In this document: in pieces, positions 53,933-64,000 of the stretch
Layout: every line of letters starts with the position of its first letter
Numbering within the stretch: position 1 is the first letter of the stretch
Origin: a virus
Taxonomy: Duplodnaviria; Caudoviricetes
Direction: 5' to 3' (one strand)
IMG/VR virus record: IMGVR_UViG_3300038393_001585
Location: 709-64,708 of that record
Length of the DNA stretch: 64,000 bases
Translations under genes and position numbers: made by a program
The notes under the pieces: model-generated
Told to the model about the DNA's origin: nothing
The model's input: the letters and a program-made list of their open reading frames with translations, nothing else
The model's database searches: none

Positions 53933-56900
53933 ATGGCCATCAGCGTCGGATCCGTCGAGGTCGATGTTGTCCCCAACACGCAGGGCATCGAGGGCCGGCT
54001 CAGGTCGGCTCTCGTGCCGCCGGCGTCTCAGATCGGCGATGAGGTCGGCCGGATCATCGGCAGGCAGATTGCCGCACAGATCGCTCCTGCGGTACGCGAC
54101 GGTATCCAGAACGGTGCCCGCACTGCCCAGCCCGGCGCTGTCCGCGCGGGGCAGCGGACCGGGTCCACGTTCGCCGAGTCGCTGAAGGCGACCCTGCAGA
54201 CCGCGCTCCGGAACCTGCCGGAGATCCGGCTGCACGCCAACAGCACGGACGCCGAGCGGGAGATCTACCAGATCCGCAGCCAGATCCAGGCGATCCAAGA
54301 CGCCCGGATCGGGGTCGACATCTCCTCTGCGGACGCTGTCGCAGCGATCGACCACATCCGGGAGCGCCTGGCCCGGCTCTCTTCGTCGAACGCGGACGTC
54401 GCGGTGCGAGTGGACGCTGCAAATGCGGCTGCACAGCTCGCCACGATCCAGGCGCAGGTGAACCGGCTGGACGGGCAGACCGCCCGCGTCGACGTCGACA
54501 CCAGTTCGGCCACGGCCAGCCTCGGCGGCTTGACCGCTGCAGCCATCGCATTCGGCCCGGCGATCATCCCGGCTCTGCCGGTGGTCGCTGCCGGGCTCGG
54601 GGCGATCGCCGCTGCTGCCGCTGCGGCCGGCGCCGGGATCGGCGGCATCGCGCTCGTCGCCGTACCAGCGTTCAAGCAGATCGCCGGCGTGCTGCAGGCG
54701 CAGAAGGCCGCGCAGGACGCGGCGGCTACCGCGACGGCCAACGGCGGTCGGACCGCGGCGCAGGCGTCGTCTCGCGCTCTTCAGCTCGCCTCCGCGCAGC
54801 AGGCCGTTGCTACGGCGGAACGGAACGGCGCCCGCCAGATCGCGCAGGCGGAACAGCAGGTGACGCAGGCGCGGCAGAACGCGGCGCAGGTTGCGCAGCA
54901 GGCTGCACTGCAGAGCCAGCAGGCCGCGCGCGCGGTCGCCGACGCGGAGCGGGCTCTGAGCGCTGCGCAGGTCGCGGCAACGCAGGCGCAGCAAAACCTG
55001 ACGGCTGCCCGCCAGCAGGCGACGCGTGAACTGCAGGACATGAACAACCAGCTGGTCGACTCGCAGCTGGCTCAGAAGCAGGCCGAGTTCGCTCTGGCCG
55101 ATGCCAAGAAGCAGCGGGATGCCGTGTTCGCGAACTCGGCGTCCACCGACGACCAGCGTGCCCGCGCTCAACTGCAATACGACCAGGCTTTGCAAGCTCT
55201 CAACGAGCAGCAGATCCAAACCAAGCGGCTCCAGAAGGACACGGACGCCGCGAACAAGGCCGGGGTCAAGGGATCCCAGACATACAAGAGCGCCCAGGAC
55301 CAACTGGCCCAGGCCCAGCAGGCTGTCGCCGACAAACAGCGTGCGCTCAAGGATGCCCAGGCTGAGCAGGCCCGAGTGGCGCAGCAGAACGCGCAGCAGA
55401 TCGCGCAGGCACAGCAGCGCATCGCGGACGCTCAGGCGAACGTGGCGAACGCCCAGCAGCAGGCAGCCGATCAGATGGCGAGCGCTCACCGGCAGCTGCA
55501 GCAGGCGCAACTGTCCGAGGCCACCGGCGCGGATGCTGCGGCGACGGCACAGACGAAGTACCAGCAGGCGCTGGCCAAGCTCACCCCCAGCGCCCGAGAC
55601 ACGTTCAACGCACTCGTCGATCTGCGTACCGCCTTCTCCAACTGGTCGAAGTCGCTGCAACCAGCCGTGATGCCGATCTTCACGAAGGCCTTGGTCGGGC
55701 TGAAGAACACCCTGCCGACGCTGACCCCGTTCGTCCTCGACGCGGCGGATGCCATCAAGTCGCTCCAGGACCGGGCATCCGCCAACCTGAAGAAGCCGTT
55801 CTGGCAGGGCTTCAAGAAAGATCTGCAGGGCTCGGTGAAGCCGGCCATCACGGGGCTCGGTGTCGCGTTCGGCAACGTGATCACCGGCATGGCCGGGATC
55901 ATCGACGCCTTCCTCCCTCACATGGACGGCATCAGCGGCCACCTGCAGCGCATCACTGGAAAGTTCGCCGACTGGGGCAAGGGCCTGAAGGGAAGCCCGG
56001 AGTTCCAGAAGTTCCTGGACTACGCCAGCCAGCACGGCCCGATGATCGCCGACACCATCGGGAAGATCGCGGGAGCGATCCTCGCGATCGGCTCCGCACT
56101 GACCCCTGTCTCGGGCCCGCTGCTGCAGGTGATCGGCGCACTCGCGTCGTCCGTCGGCTGGCTGGCCACGAACGCGCCAGAGTTGGTCATCGCGATTTAC
56201 GGACTGTTCCTGGCGACCAAGCTGTGGGCTCTGTGGCAGCTGCTCGTGAACGGCGCGATGACAGCGTTCAACCTCATCATGAGCCTGGGCCCGTGGGGAT
56301 GGATCGTCCTCGCCATCGCGGGAGTGGCGCTCGCCATTCTGGAGCTCTGGAAGCACTGCGCCTGGTTCCGCGATGCCATCAAGGGCGCGTGGAAGGCCAT
56401 CAAGGACGCGGCCATTGCGGTGAAGGACTGGTTCGCCGGGCCCTTCGTCGACTTCTTCACCAAGACGATCCCGAACACGTTCTGGACGGTGATCGACTGG
56501 ATCAAGAAGCATTGGCCGTGGATCCTCGGTGCCCTCACCGGACCGATCGGTCTCGCGGTCGTCGCCATCGTCAAGAACTGGGACCACATCAAGACCGGCA
56601 TCTCCGATGCATGGAGCGCCATCAAGAAGTGGACCATCTACCCAATCCGGGACTTCTTCACCAAGACGATCCCCGGGTGGGGAACGACGTTGAAGGACAA
56701 GATGGTCGGCGCGTTCGACGCTGCCAGGAAAGGCATCAAGACTGCCTGGGACGGGATCAAGAACATCGCCCGAACGCCCGTGCAGTACGTCGTAGACGTG
56801 GTGTACAACAACGGCATCCGCCGGGTGTGGAACCTCGTCACCGACGCGTTCGGCGGCAAGCATCTCGACCCGCTCAAGTTCGCGACCGGCGGCATCATGC

Positions 56901-57949
56901 CGGGCTACACCCCCGGCCGTGACGTCCACCTTGTCCCGTCGACCGCAGGCCCCGTTGCCCTGTCCGGTGGCGAGGCCATCATGCGTCCCGAGTGGACCCG
57001 GGCGGTCGGCCCCGGCTACGTGCACGCCATGAACGCGGCAGCGCGTGCCGGAGGCGTCTCCGGCGTCCGATCCATGCTCGGCTTCAAGGACGGCGGCATC
57101 TTCAAGGGCATCGGCGACGTCCTGTCCGGCGCCTGGGACAAGGTCAAGAAGGGCGCGAAGTGGCTGAAGGACACCTTCGGCGGCGCTGTAAAGGCTGGTG
57201 TGACGCACGTCGTCAACCCGCTGATCAATGCCATCCCCGGCGGCCACATCGGGTTCGTCGGGCTACTGAAAGACCTGATGAAGGGTGCTGTCGCAAACCT
57301 GGTCGGCGCAGGCAAGAAGGGCGACGACCTGGCCACGCCGAATATCAAGTACAAGCCGTCTGCTGGCGTCGAGCAGTGGCGGCCGGTCGTCCTGCAGGCT
57401 TTGCGTGAGGTTGGCCAGCCGGCCGGTCTCGCCCAGTCCACGCTGCGCCGCATGCAGCAGGAGTCGGGCGGCAATCCGACGATCGTCAACAAGTGGGACA
57501 GCAACTGGCAGGCGGGCCATCCGTCAGTCGGCCTCATGCAGGTCATCCGAGGCACCTTCCAGCACTACGCGGGCAAGTACCGCGGGAAGGGCCCCTTCCT
57601 GTACGGGGTGTCTGTCAACCCGATGGCGAACATCTACAGCTCGATGAAGTACGCCCTCGGCGCCTATGGCAGCTTGTCGCGGGCCTATGACCGGCCGGGC
57701 GGCTACGACTCCGGCGGCTGGATGCCCCCCGGCATGAACCTCATGTACAACGGCCTCGGCCAGCCGGAAGCCGTCCTCACCCCGAACCAGTGGAGCGCAC
57801 TCCACGGCGCGGCCACACGGGGCGGTGATGGGGCACAGGCCCCGGTCGTCGTCGAGCTTCATGCGAAGGAAGGCGCACTGGGACAGTTCATCGACGTGCG
57901 AGTGCAGGAGCACCAGCAGCAACTCATCCAGGTCATCACCGCGAGCTGA
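53933..57949 (+). CDS. Tape measure protein with C-terminal lytic transglycosylase domain
   Basis: 1338 aa, Ala/Gln helical repeats, aromatic-spaced repeats, QQESGGNP...GLMQVI SLT motif. Confidence 0.95.
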   Translation: MAISVGSVEVDVVPNTQGIEGRLRSALVPPASQIGDEVGRIIGRQIAAQIAPAVRDGIQNGARTAQPGAVRAGQRTGSTFAESLKATLQTALRNLPEIRLHANSTDAEREIYQIRSQIQAIQDARIGVDISSADAVAAIDHIRERLARLSSSNADVAVRVDAANAAAQLATIQAQVNRLDGQTARVDVDTSSATASLGGLTAAAIAFGPAIIPALPVVAAGLGAIAAAAAAAGAGIGGIALVAVPAFKQIAGVLQAQKAAQDAAATATANGGRTAAQASSRALQLASAQQAVATAERNGARQIAQAEQQVTQARQNAAQVAQQAALQSQQAARAVADAERALSAAQVAATQAQQNLTAARQQATRELQDMNNQLVDSQLAQKQAEFALADAKKQRDAVFANSASTDDQRARAQLQYDQALQALNEQQIQTKRLQKDTDAANKAGVKGSQTYKSAQDQLAQAQQAVADKQRALKDAQAEQARVAQQNAQQIAQAQQRIADAQANVANAQQQAADQMASAHRQLQQAQLSEATGADAAATAQTKYQQALAKLTPSARDTFNALVDLRTAFSNWSKSLQPAVMPIFTKALVGLKNTLPTLTPFVLDAADAIKSLQDRASANLKKPFWQGFKKDLQGSVKPAITGLGVAFGNVITGMAGIIDAFLPHMDGISGHLQRITGKFADWGKGLKGSPEFQKFLDYASQHGPMIADTIGKIAGAILAIGSALTPVSGPLLQVIGALASSVGWLATNAPELVIAIYGLFLATKLWALWQLLVNGAMTAFNLIMSLGPWGWIVLAIAGVALAILELWKHCAWFRDAIKGAWKAIKDAAIAVKDWFAGPFVDFFTKTIPNTFWTVIDWIKKHWPWILGALTGPIGLAVVAIVKNWDHIKTGISDAWSAIKKWTIYPIRDFFTKTIPGWGTTLKDKMVGAFDAARKGIKTAWDGIKNIARTPVQYVVDVVYNNGIRRVWNLVTDAFGGKHLDPLKFATGGIMPGYTPGRDVHLVPSTAGPVALSGGEAIMRPEWTRAVGPGYVHAMNAAARAGGVSGVRSMLGFKDGGIFKGIGDVLSGAWDKVKKGAKWLKDTFGGAVKAGVTHVVNPLINAIPGGHIGFVGLLKDLMKGAVANLVGAGKKGDDLATPNIKYKPSAGVEQWRPVVLQALREVGQPAGLAQSTLRRMQQESGGNPTIVNKWDSNWQAGHPSVGLMQVIRGTFQHYAGKYRGKGPFLYGVSVNPMANIYSSMKYALGAYGSLSRAYDRPGGYDSGGWMPPGMNLMYNGLGQPEAVLTPNQWSALHGAATRGGDGAQAPVVVELHAKEGALGQFIDVRVQEHQQQLIQVITAS

Positions 57950-57959
57950 GGAGGCGCCC

Positions 57960-60194
57960 ATGTCGATTCCCGGGAACCTCCTCAGCTCGAGCACCGAGTC
58001 CATGGATCCGGTGGTCACGGGCTGGGTGTCTCAGCTCAACTGCACGATCTCCAAGGGGTCTGGTGGCCGGAACGGTGACGGCTGCCTGCAGATGAAGTCG
58101 TTGGCGGCGGGCGAGATGCAGGCCCGTATCGTCGGCTCCGTCATCGTCACCGAGGGCACAACGTACTACGCGTTCGCGGACGCGTCCGGCAGCACCGTGC
58201 CGGAGCGGATCGGGATCCGCTGGCTGTCGCGGATCGGCACGGACATGGGCACCACGTGGTCGCTGACCACAATGGCTGCGTCCGCATCCTGGCATCGGAT
58301 CAGTGTGGCCGGGCAGGCGCCGGTCGGGGCGGCACGGGCGCAGGTGGTGCTGTCGTCCACACCGGCCGCCGCCAACGTCAACAGCTTCTTCGAGAACGTC
58401 TACCTCGGGCCGCCGATCCGGCAGTACGGCAACCTCTTCCCCTTCAACGTCGAATCCTCCGAGGTCGACGCCTCGGGGTGGACGGCCGAGGTCAACGCCA
58501 CCGTCTCCCGTCAGGTGCCGGTTTCCTCCTGGCCGGTGGACTTTTACACGGCTGGCGGGCACATGCTCGCCATGACCGTGACGGCGGCGGGCAACGCCTC
58601 GGTGTCGACTGTGGACCGGCCGTCGGTGAAACCGAACACCGAGTACATGGCCTACTGCTACCTGTCGCCGCCGGTGCTGTCCTCGCAGGCGTGGATTGAG
58701 CTGCGGTTCTACGACAGCGTCGGCAACCAAATCCAGGCCACGCGCGCGTATCTGGCGCCGCCTGGTACGGGCTTTTACAGGCAGCGGGTGTCCGCGTTCG
58801 CCCCGGCATCCGCGGCAACGTGCGCGGTCGCGGCGGGCCTGGACGGCGCATCTGCCGGGCAGGTGCTGCGGATCGATCAGCTGGTCGTTTTCCAGCCTTC
58901 CCTGATCGTGGCCGGCTCGGTCATCCCATACGCCAACGGTTCGTTCGAGCAGGACACCGGTGGCTGGACGACCGTTGCAGGGGCGGCCACGCTGGCCCGC
59001 TCGACGCCGTGGGGTGCTGCCGGCTACTTCGGCAGCTACAGCCTGGCCATGTCTTCGGCGACGGCCTCCTCGTCGACGATCCGCTCCCCGAAGTTCACTG
59101 CACCGAACGCGCCGGGCTTGAACTGGCGGGCACAGATCATCGCCGGGGTGGGCGCCGGATCGTGGTCCACGGTCACCGTGAAAATCCACTGGTACGACGC
59201 GGTGGGCAGCGACCTCGGGGCCAGCACAGGCACGGCCTACGCGCTACCTTCAGGCGGCTGGTATCAGCTCATCACCGACGCCGTCGCCCCGACGGGCACC
59301 GTGCAGGCTGCCGTCGAGGTTGTGACAGTCGCATCCGCCACCTCCAGCGTGATGTATGTGGACGCGGTCGCTCTGTGGCAGGTGCTGCCGCAGACCGCGG
59401 TCACCGCGTTCGACTCCGACGGCTACATCGAGCTCGATCTGCGGGAACTGCCCGTCGGTCAGCTGATCTCCGTGTACCGGATCGGGGCCGACGGCACGCG
59501 CACCCTGGTCCGCGGCGACGAGGGGCTCATCGACCAGCAGGCCATCACCTCCGACGCGATGGTCATCGAGGACCACGAGGCCCCGCTCAACGTCGCGCTC
59601 GCCTACTACATCGAGCTGTACTCGGCGCCCGGCGTGCTCGCCTCCACTCGGTCCTCGCCCGGCGTGCAGCTCACCCTCGCCGACGCCAACACCGCGTGGC
59701 TGAAAGACCCGGGCAATCCTCAAAGGAACTGCCTGGTCATGGTGGAGAAGGCCCCAGACTGGCAGCGGCCTATCGACCAGGCCTCATTCGTGGTCCGAGG
59801 GCGCCGCAACAAGGTCGTGCTCAGTGGCCGGCGGCAGGGCCTGGAGGGCGACCTCGCCATCTGGACGCGCTCCGATGAGGAGCGCAAGGCCCTGCATCTG
59901 CTGCTCGACTCCGGCAACGTCCTGTTCTGGCAGGCCGCTCCCGGGATGGGCGTCGACGACATGTACGTCAACGTCGGCGGCATCACCGAGGCCCGGGTCG
60001 GCGGCCCGGCCCAGGAGCCGTGGCGGGCCTGGACGCTGCCACTGGTCGAGGCGGACATGCCGGTCACCACTGCGGTGAACGGGGCAAGGGGCCGGACTTG
60101 GCAGGACGTATTGACGGAGTTCGCGACCTGGCAGGACGTGCTGGCCACCTACGACACGTGGGAGGCCGTCCTCCTGGACCGCCGAAAGGGGTGA
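57960..60194 (+). CDS. Distal tail (Dit-like) protein with three carbohydrate-binding repeats
   Basis: Repeated N..FE....GW...W....G......TAP..A units; C-terminal WLKDP domain. Confidence 0.75.
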   Translation: MSIPGNLLSSSTESMDPVVTGWVSQLNCTISKGSGGRNGDGCLQMKSLAAGEMQARIVGSVIVTEGTTYYAFADASGSTVPERIGIRWLSRIGTDMGTTWSLTTMAASASWHRISVAGQAPVGAARAQVVLSSTPAAANVNSFFENVYLGPPIRQYGNLFPFNVESSEVDASGWTAEVNATVSRQVPVSSWPVDFYTAGGHMLAMTVTAAGNASVSTVDRPSVKPNTEYMAYCYLSPPVLSSQAWIELRFYDSVGNQIQATRAYLAPPGTGFYRQRVSAFAPASAATCAVAAGLDGASAGQVLRIDQLVVFQPSLIVAGSVIPYANGSFEQDTGGWTTVAGAATLARSTPWGAAGYFGSYSLAMSSATASSSTIRSPKFTAPNAPGLNWRAQIIAGVGAGSWSTVTVKIHWYDAVGSDLGASTGTAYALPSGGWYQLITDAVAPTGTVQAAVEVVTVASATSSVMYVDAVALWQVLPQTAVTAFDSDGYIELDLRELPVGQLISVYRIGADGTRTLVRGDEGLIDQQAITSDAMVIEDHEAPLNVALAYYIELYSAPGVLASTRSSPGVQLTLADANTAWLKDPGNPQRNCLVMVEKAPDWQRPIDQASFVVRGRRNKVVLSGRRQGLEGDLAIWTRSDEERKALHLLLDSGNVLFWQAAPGMGVDDMYVNVGGITEARVGGPAQEPWRAWTLPLVEADMPVTTAVNGARGRTWQDVLTEFATWQDVLATYDTWEAVLLDRRKG

Positions 60195-60197
60195 AGG

Positions 60198-61289
60198 TTG
60201 TACCCCGTCTCGGATCGTTTCCTGGCCCGGCTCGCCGAGTCCCACACGGTCGCCACGAGTGTCGAGCTGTTCCTCACAGACGGCCGTGTCTTGGACCTGG
60301 AGCACACGGGCGGCAGTGTGACGGTGGACCGGTCGCAGGCGATCCGCCGCACCTGCTCGGTGACGCTCGCCGACCCGTCCTTGATCCCGCGCACCCCGAC
60401 GGATCAGCTCGCCACCTACGGCGCCCGGCTGCGGATCTCCCGCGGCGTCGACTACGGCGACGGCTCGTCTGAGTTGGTGCCGCTCGGCGTGTTCCGGCTC
60501 GACTCGGTAGACGGCGACATCAGTGAAGGCCCGGTCACGCTGCAGGGCAAGGGCCTCGAGGCGGTCGTCGCCGACGACAAATTCACCTCGCCCTACAAGG
60601 CGACCGGCACGGTGGTCGGCGCGGTCAAAGCGCTCATCCAGCGCAGCATTCCGGACGCCGACATCGTCAGCCTCATCACCGACACCCCGATCGGCTCCCG
60701 CGTGTTCGATGTCGAGGCCGACGCGTGGGCGGGCGCACAGGAGATCGCCGCTGCTGCGGGCGCTGAGGTGTACGCCAACGCCGACGGCTCGTTCGTCATC
60801 AGCGCCCTCCCGGACCTGCTGACAGCCACCCCGGTGTGGGCGGTCGAGGCCACCGAGGGCGGCGTATACATCTCCGGTAACCGCGGCATGAGCAGCGACA
60901 CCGTGTACAACGGCGTCCTGGCCCGCGGCGAGAACACTGCCGACAACGTCCCGCCGGTCTCCTACCTGGCCACCGACAGCGACCCGAACTCCCCGACGTA
61001 CTGGGGCGGACCCTACGGCCGCCGGCCCATGTTCTACTCCTCCAGCACGCTGACCACGGTCACCGCGTGCACGGCAGCGGCGAAGCTCAAGCTGGCCGCA
61101 GCTCGTGCCCCCAACGCGACCGGGGACTTCAGCTCGTTGCCGAACCCAGCGCTGGAACCGGGCGACGTCATCCGCGTCACCCACCCCGACGGCACCCGCG
61201 AACTTCACCAGGTCGCCGCGTTTACTGTGCCGCTCGATGAAGGCGGCGACTTCCAGATCAGCACAATCAGCGCCAAGGAAGACGCATGA
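60198..61289 (+). CDS. Baseplate hub / Tal-like protein (DUF5047-like)
   Basis: VTVDRSQAIRRTCSV...LVPLGVF...PNPALEPGDVI. Confidence 0.75.
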   Translation: MYPVSDRFLARLAESHTVATSVELFLTDGRVLDLEHTGGSVTVDRSQAIRRTCSVTLADPSLIPRTPTDQLATYGARLRISRGVDYGDGSSELVPLGVFRLDSVDGDISEGPVTLQGKGLEAVVADDKFTSPYKATGTVVGAVKALIQRSIPDADIVSLITDTPIGSRVFDVEADAWAGAQEIAAAAGAEVYANADGSFVISALPDLLTATPVWAVEATEGGVYISGNRGMSSDTVYNGVLARGENTADNVPPVSYLATDSDPNSPTYWGGPYGRRPMFYSSSTLTTVTACTAAAKLKLAAARAPNATGDFSSLPNPALEPGDVIRVTHPDGTRELHQVAAFTVPLDEGGDFQISTISAKEDA

Positions 61290-61951
61290 AGTCGCAGCAC
61301 AGCACACACCGCGATCTCGCCTGGGCGCTCAAACAGCAGGCCCAGCGTGCGGGGGAGAGGGCGCCGTCGGTACGCGGCTCCGACTGGCGGCTCACCACCG
61401 TCACCACCGTCAACACGGACGGCACGATCATCGCCGACGGCATCACCGCCCGCCGCATGGAGACCTACCAGGTCGCGGCTGTCGGCGATGTCGTCGTCCT
61501 CTCCCAGTCGAGCAGCGGGAACTGGATCGCCCACGGCCGCCTGTCGGCCGGCACCGACACCGCCTGGACGGACGTCTCGCTCGTCTCCGGGTTCACCCAC
61601 AACGGAAACTCGAACGGCAACGTGCAGTACCGCGTCGTCCTGGTAGGCGGCGCCCGGATGATGCAGTGGCGCGGCGGCATCGGCATCACCTACACGTCCA
61701 ACACGATCCCGAACAGCGGCAACATCCTCGTCTCGGCTCTCGGCACCTCGCTGCGGCCATCCGTCCGCCGCTCGGTCACGGCGGCCTGTTCGGCGGCCTC
61801 CAGTTCCACCCTCTCACTGAAGATCGACTTCCAGACGGACGGGACCGTGCAGATCGTCGGCACCACCACCAACACCAGCGACACCTACTCGACTCCGATC
61901 ATCCGGCCGCCCTGGGTGTCCCTCAACAACGTCCAGTACTCACTCGACTAG
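61286..61951 (+). CDS. Minor tail protein
   Basis: VTTV..DGT...Y..AVGDVV...W...G spike-like N-terminus plus beta domain. Confidence 0.7.
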   Translation: MKSQHSTHRDLAWALKQQAQRAGERAPSVRGSDWRLTTVTTVNTDGTIIADGITARRMETYQVAAVGDVVVLSQSSSGNWIAHGRLSAGTDTAWTDVSLVSGFTHNGNSNGNVQYRVVLVGGARMMQWRGGIGITYTSNTIPNSGNILVSALGTSLRPSVRRSVTAACSAASSSTLSLKIDFQTDGTVQIVGTTTNTSDTYSTPIIRPPWVSLNNVQYSLD

Positions 61952-61959
61952 GAGCGCCG

Positions 61960-62580
61960 ATGCCGACACCCGACGACTACGGCCAGGGAATCAGCATCGC
62001 CTCCCTCACCGATGCGCCCGACGCCGACAAGCTCGCCACGGACATCGTCAACGCGATCGCCCAGCGCAGCATCATGCGGTTCGCATCCACCTCGGCCCGC
62101 GGCGCCACCCTCGTAGGCGATGCGGCACCGGTCGAGGGCATGCTCACCTGGATCAAGGACGCTGACCGGCTCGACCTGTACGACGGAAGTGGGTGGGTGA
62201 CCGTGTCCGTCGGCAGCCGCTCCTGGACCACCATCACGCCCGCCTCCGGCTGGTCCCAGAACGGCAACAGCCAGGGAACCCTGCAGTACCGGGTCCTCAA
62301 CATCTCCGGCGAGGACAGCCTGCAGTTCCGCGGCGGCCTGGCCCGCTCCTCCTATCCATCGACAGTGCCGGGATCCTTCGTCATCAACAACACGGCGCTG
62401 CCCTCCACGGCCCGCCCGTCAACGCTGCGGACGATCCTGCTGCCCTGCTCCGACGTCAGCAGCGACCGCATCTCGCTGAAGATGGACATTCGCACCGACG
62501 GCTACCTCGAAGTCTTCGGCTTCAGCAGCACCACCAAGCCGCCGTGGATCGGCTTCAACGGCCTGATCGCCTCCCTCTAA
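61960..62580 (+). CDS. Minor tail / receptor-binding protein
   Basis: GGAG RBS; MRFASTSAR...PVEGM; C-domain paralogous to previous gene. Confidence 0.7.
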   Translation: MPTPDDYGQGISIASLTDAPDADKLATDIVNAIAQRSIMRFASTSARGATLVGDAAPVEGMLTWIKDADRLDLYDGSGWVTVSVGSRSWTTITPASGWSQNGNSQGTLQYRVLNISGEDSLQFRGGLARSSYPSTVPGSFVINNTALPSTARPSTLRTILLPCSDVSSDRISLKMDIRTDGYLEVFGFSSTTKPPWIGFNGLIASL

Positions 62581-62595
62581 CCACCCCTCGCACAG

Positions 62596-62627
62596 CCCGC
62601 GCCCCGGACCCTGGGCGCCTTTTTCAT
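62596..62627 (+). terminator. Putative terminator after tail genes
   Basis: GC hairpin followed by TTTTT. Confidence 0.55.
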
Positions 62628-62645
62628 GCCCGGGAGGGCCACGCA

Positions 62646-63539
62646 ATGCTCCATGGGATCGACGTCTCCGCCTACCAGCCGGAGAGCTACAGCACTTCCG
62701 GTCTGGACTTCGTGTTCACGAAGGTCACCGAAGGCCTGTCCTACGTGAATCCGCGGTGGGCGGCGCAGCGGGACCGCGCGAAGAAGGCAGGCCTGGTGTG
62801 GGGCGCCTACCACTACCCGCACATGGCCAACGACCCGGTCAAGGAAGCCGACTACTTCCTGAAGCAGGTCGCGTGGAAGCCGGGCGACATCATCGTCCTC
62901 GACTGGGAGGGCTACGACAGCGCCAACAGAACCGTGCCCCACTCCCGCATGCTCGCCTACCGCGACGCCTGGCTGAAGTACGTCAAGGGCAAGATGCCCG
63001 GCCACCGGGTCGGCATGTACTGCAACACCGACTACTGGCTCCACGTCGACCAGACCGGCAACTGCGGCGACTTCCTATGGATCGCCACCGCCGGCGTCCC
63101 GGCCGGACAGCCCGGCATCAAGGCCAAGTGGGCCTTCCACCAGTACAGCACCGCGGGCGGCATCGACCACGACGTCGCCGCTTTCGACTCCCGGGCCGCG
63201 CTCGCCGCGTGGGCCGGCCACATCGAAGAGGACCCCATGGCAGGCATCAGCAAGCAGGACATCCACGACGCGGTCTGGCGGATCGACGACATCAAGGCCG
63301 GTTCGACGGAGAAGAACGCCGGCAACACGACGTGGGAGCCCCAGACCTACCTGAAGGGCACCTTCGAGAACACGGTGAAGCTGCTCACGCAGGAAGCCGC
63401 GCAGACGGCTGCCATCGCCAAGCTCGCCCAGCTCGTCGGCTCCAACGTCGACACCGCGGCGGTCGTCGCCGCCGTACAGAAGGCCATCGCGGACGCGGTG
63501 GTGAAGGTGTCGGTCGACGTGACCGGCCAGCAGAGCTAA
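62646..63539 (+). CDS. GH25 muramidase endolysin
   Basis: GIDVSAYQ...FTKVTEG...GAYHY...LDWE...HQY...DHD. Confidence 0.9.
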   Translation: MLHGIDVSAYQPESYSTSGLDFVFTKVTEGLSYVNPRWAAQRDRAKKAGLVWGAYHYPHMANDPVKEADYFLKQVAWKPGDIIVLDWEGYDSANRTVPHSRMLAYRDAWLKYVKGKMPGHRVGMYCNTDYWLHVDQTGNCGDFLWIATAGVPAGQPGIKAKWAFHQYSTAGGIDHDVAAFDSRAALAAWAGHIEEDPMAGISKQDIHDAVWRIDDIKAGSTEKNAGNTTWEPQTYLKGTFENTVKLLTQEAAQTAAIAKLAQLVGSNVDTAAVVAAVQKAIADAVVKVSVDVTGQQS

Positions 63540-63548
63540 GGAGTTCTC

Positions 63549-63911
63549 ATGCGTATCTTCGGCCGCGAGCCTGCGCTCATCATCGCGATCATCAGCGCCG
63601 CCCTGTCGCTGCTGGTCACCTTCAACTTCGGTCTGTCCGCCGAGCAGGCCGGTGCGATCGTCGCCGTCATCAGCGCGGTGTTCGCGGCGGCCACCGCCGC
63701 CATCACCCGCCCGATCGCACCCAGCGCCTTCACCGGCCTCGTCGCTGCGGTCGCCGCACTGCTCGCCGCCTACGGCCTCAACCTCGGCCCGGAGAAGATC
63801 GGCGCCCTGAACGCGCTCGTCCTCGCAGGACTCGCCCTGGTCACCCGCGGCCAGGTGTCGCCTGCCAGCCCGACAGCGCCCGCAACAGCCCAGCCGCCGC
63901 GGAGCGTCTGA
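63549..63911 (+). CDS. Holin (prophage B)
   Basis: 115 of 120 aa identical to 519-881. Confidence 0.8.
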   Translation: MRIFGREPALIIAIISAALSLLVTFNFGLSAEQAGAIVAVISAVFAAATAAITRPIAPSAFTGLVAAVAALLAAYGLNLGPEKIGALNALVLAGLALVTRGQVSPASPTAPATAQPPRSV

Positions 63912-63929
63912 CCCGATCGGAGCACCACC

Positions 63930-64000
63930 GTGGCCGATGAGCCGACTCTCGGCGAGGTCGTCCGCAGACTTGAGGCCATCCACGCCGACCTCAAAGAAGA
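63930..64000 (+). CDS. Lysis-cassette membrane protein (partial)
   Basis: Identical to 900-970. Confidence 0.75.
   Translation, partial: MADEPTLGEVVRRLEAIHADLKE

Larger units (their letters stand above)
7600..64000. mobile_element. Prophage B, temperate siphovirus, nearly complete (right arm continues past the window)
   Basis: Canonical order int-repressor-cro-xis-recombination-replication-terminase-portal-capsid-tail-lysis; no frameshifts seen in core genes. Confidence 0.9.

Noticed and set aside
53894-57247. Very long antisense ORFs (also 32703-35078, 35682-37907, 18335-20029 and others)
   Set aside because: Shadow ORFs from high GC3 bias of the sense genes; no motifs or RBS.
57960-62580. 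Diversity-generating retroelement or tail-fibre invertible system
   Set aside because: No reverse transcriptase, template/variable repeat pair, or inverted recombination sites seen around tail genes.

Overview
High-GC actinobacterial DNA, most likely Streptomyces (inferred from TraB/Spd-like genes and codon style). It is almost entirely temperate siphovirus sequence. About 1-7.6 kb is the right arm of one prophage (A): end of a PG-binding endolysin, holin, collagen-like protein, a second tyrosine recombinase next to a dif-like 11-6-11 site, and SOS-box/XRE/GntR accessory genes. At about 7.58-7.95 kb is an attP-like junction with both arm-site clusters. From there to 64 kb is an apparently intact related prophage (B): integrase, repressor/Cro/Xis, RecE-like and AAA recombination genes, replication initiator, fibre/spike genes, HNH-TerS-TerL, portal, capsid, tail, GH25 endolysin and holin. 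The lysis region recurs at a 63,030-bp offset, but with a different endolysin and a diverged holin. The strongest candidate for an undescribed system is a Streptomyces plasmid/AICE-type conjugation cassette inside prophage B (about 27.4-36.4 kb). It has a TraB-like FtsK translocase, Spd-like membrane proteins, a clt-like 8-bp repeat locus, a Pif-like Nudix pair, a TTA-containing gene and a 49-nt tRNA-like minihelix, which suggests a conjugative prophage. Also notable: a capsid-linked glycosyltransferase plus a methyltransferase, a GATC-dense packaging region, and a solo Phd/YefM gene with TGTACA operators. All family calls are by-eye motif recognition; no database searches were run.
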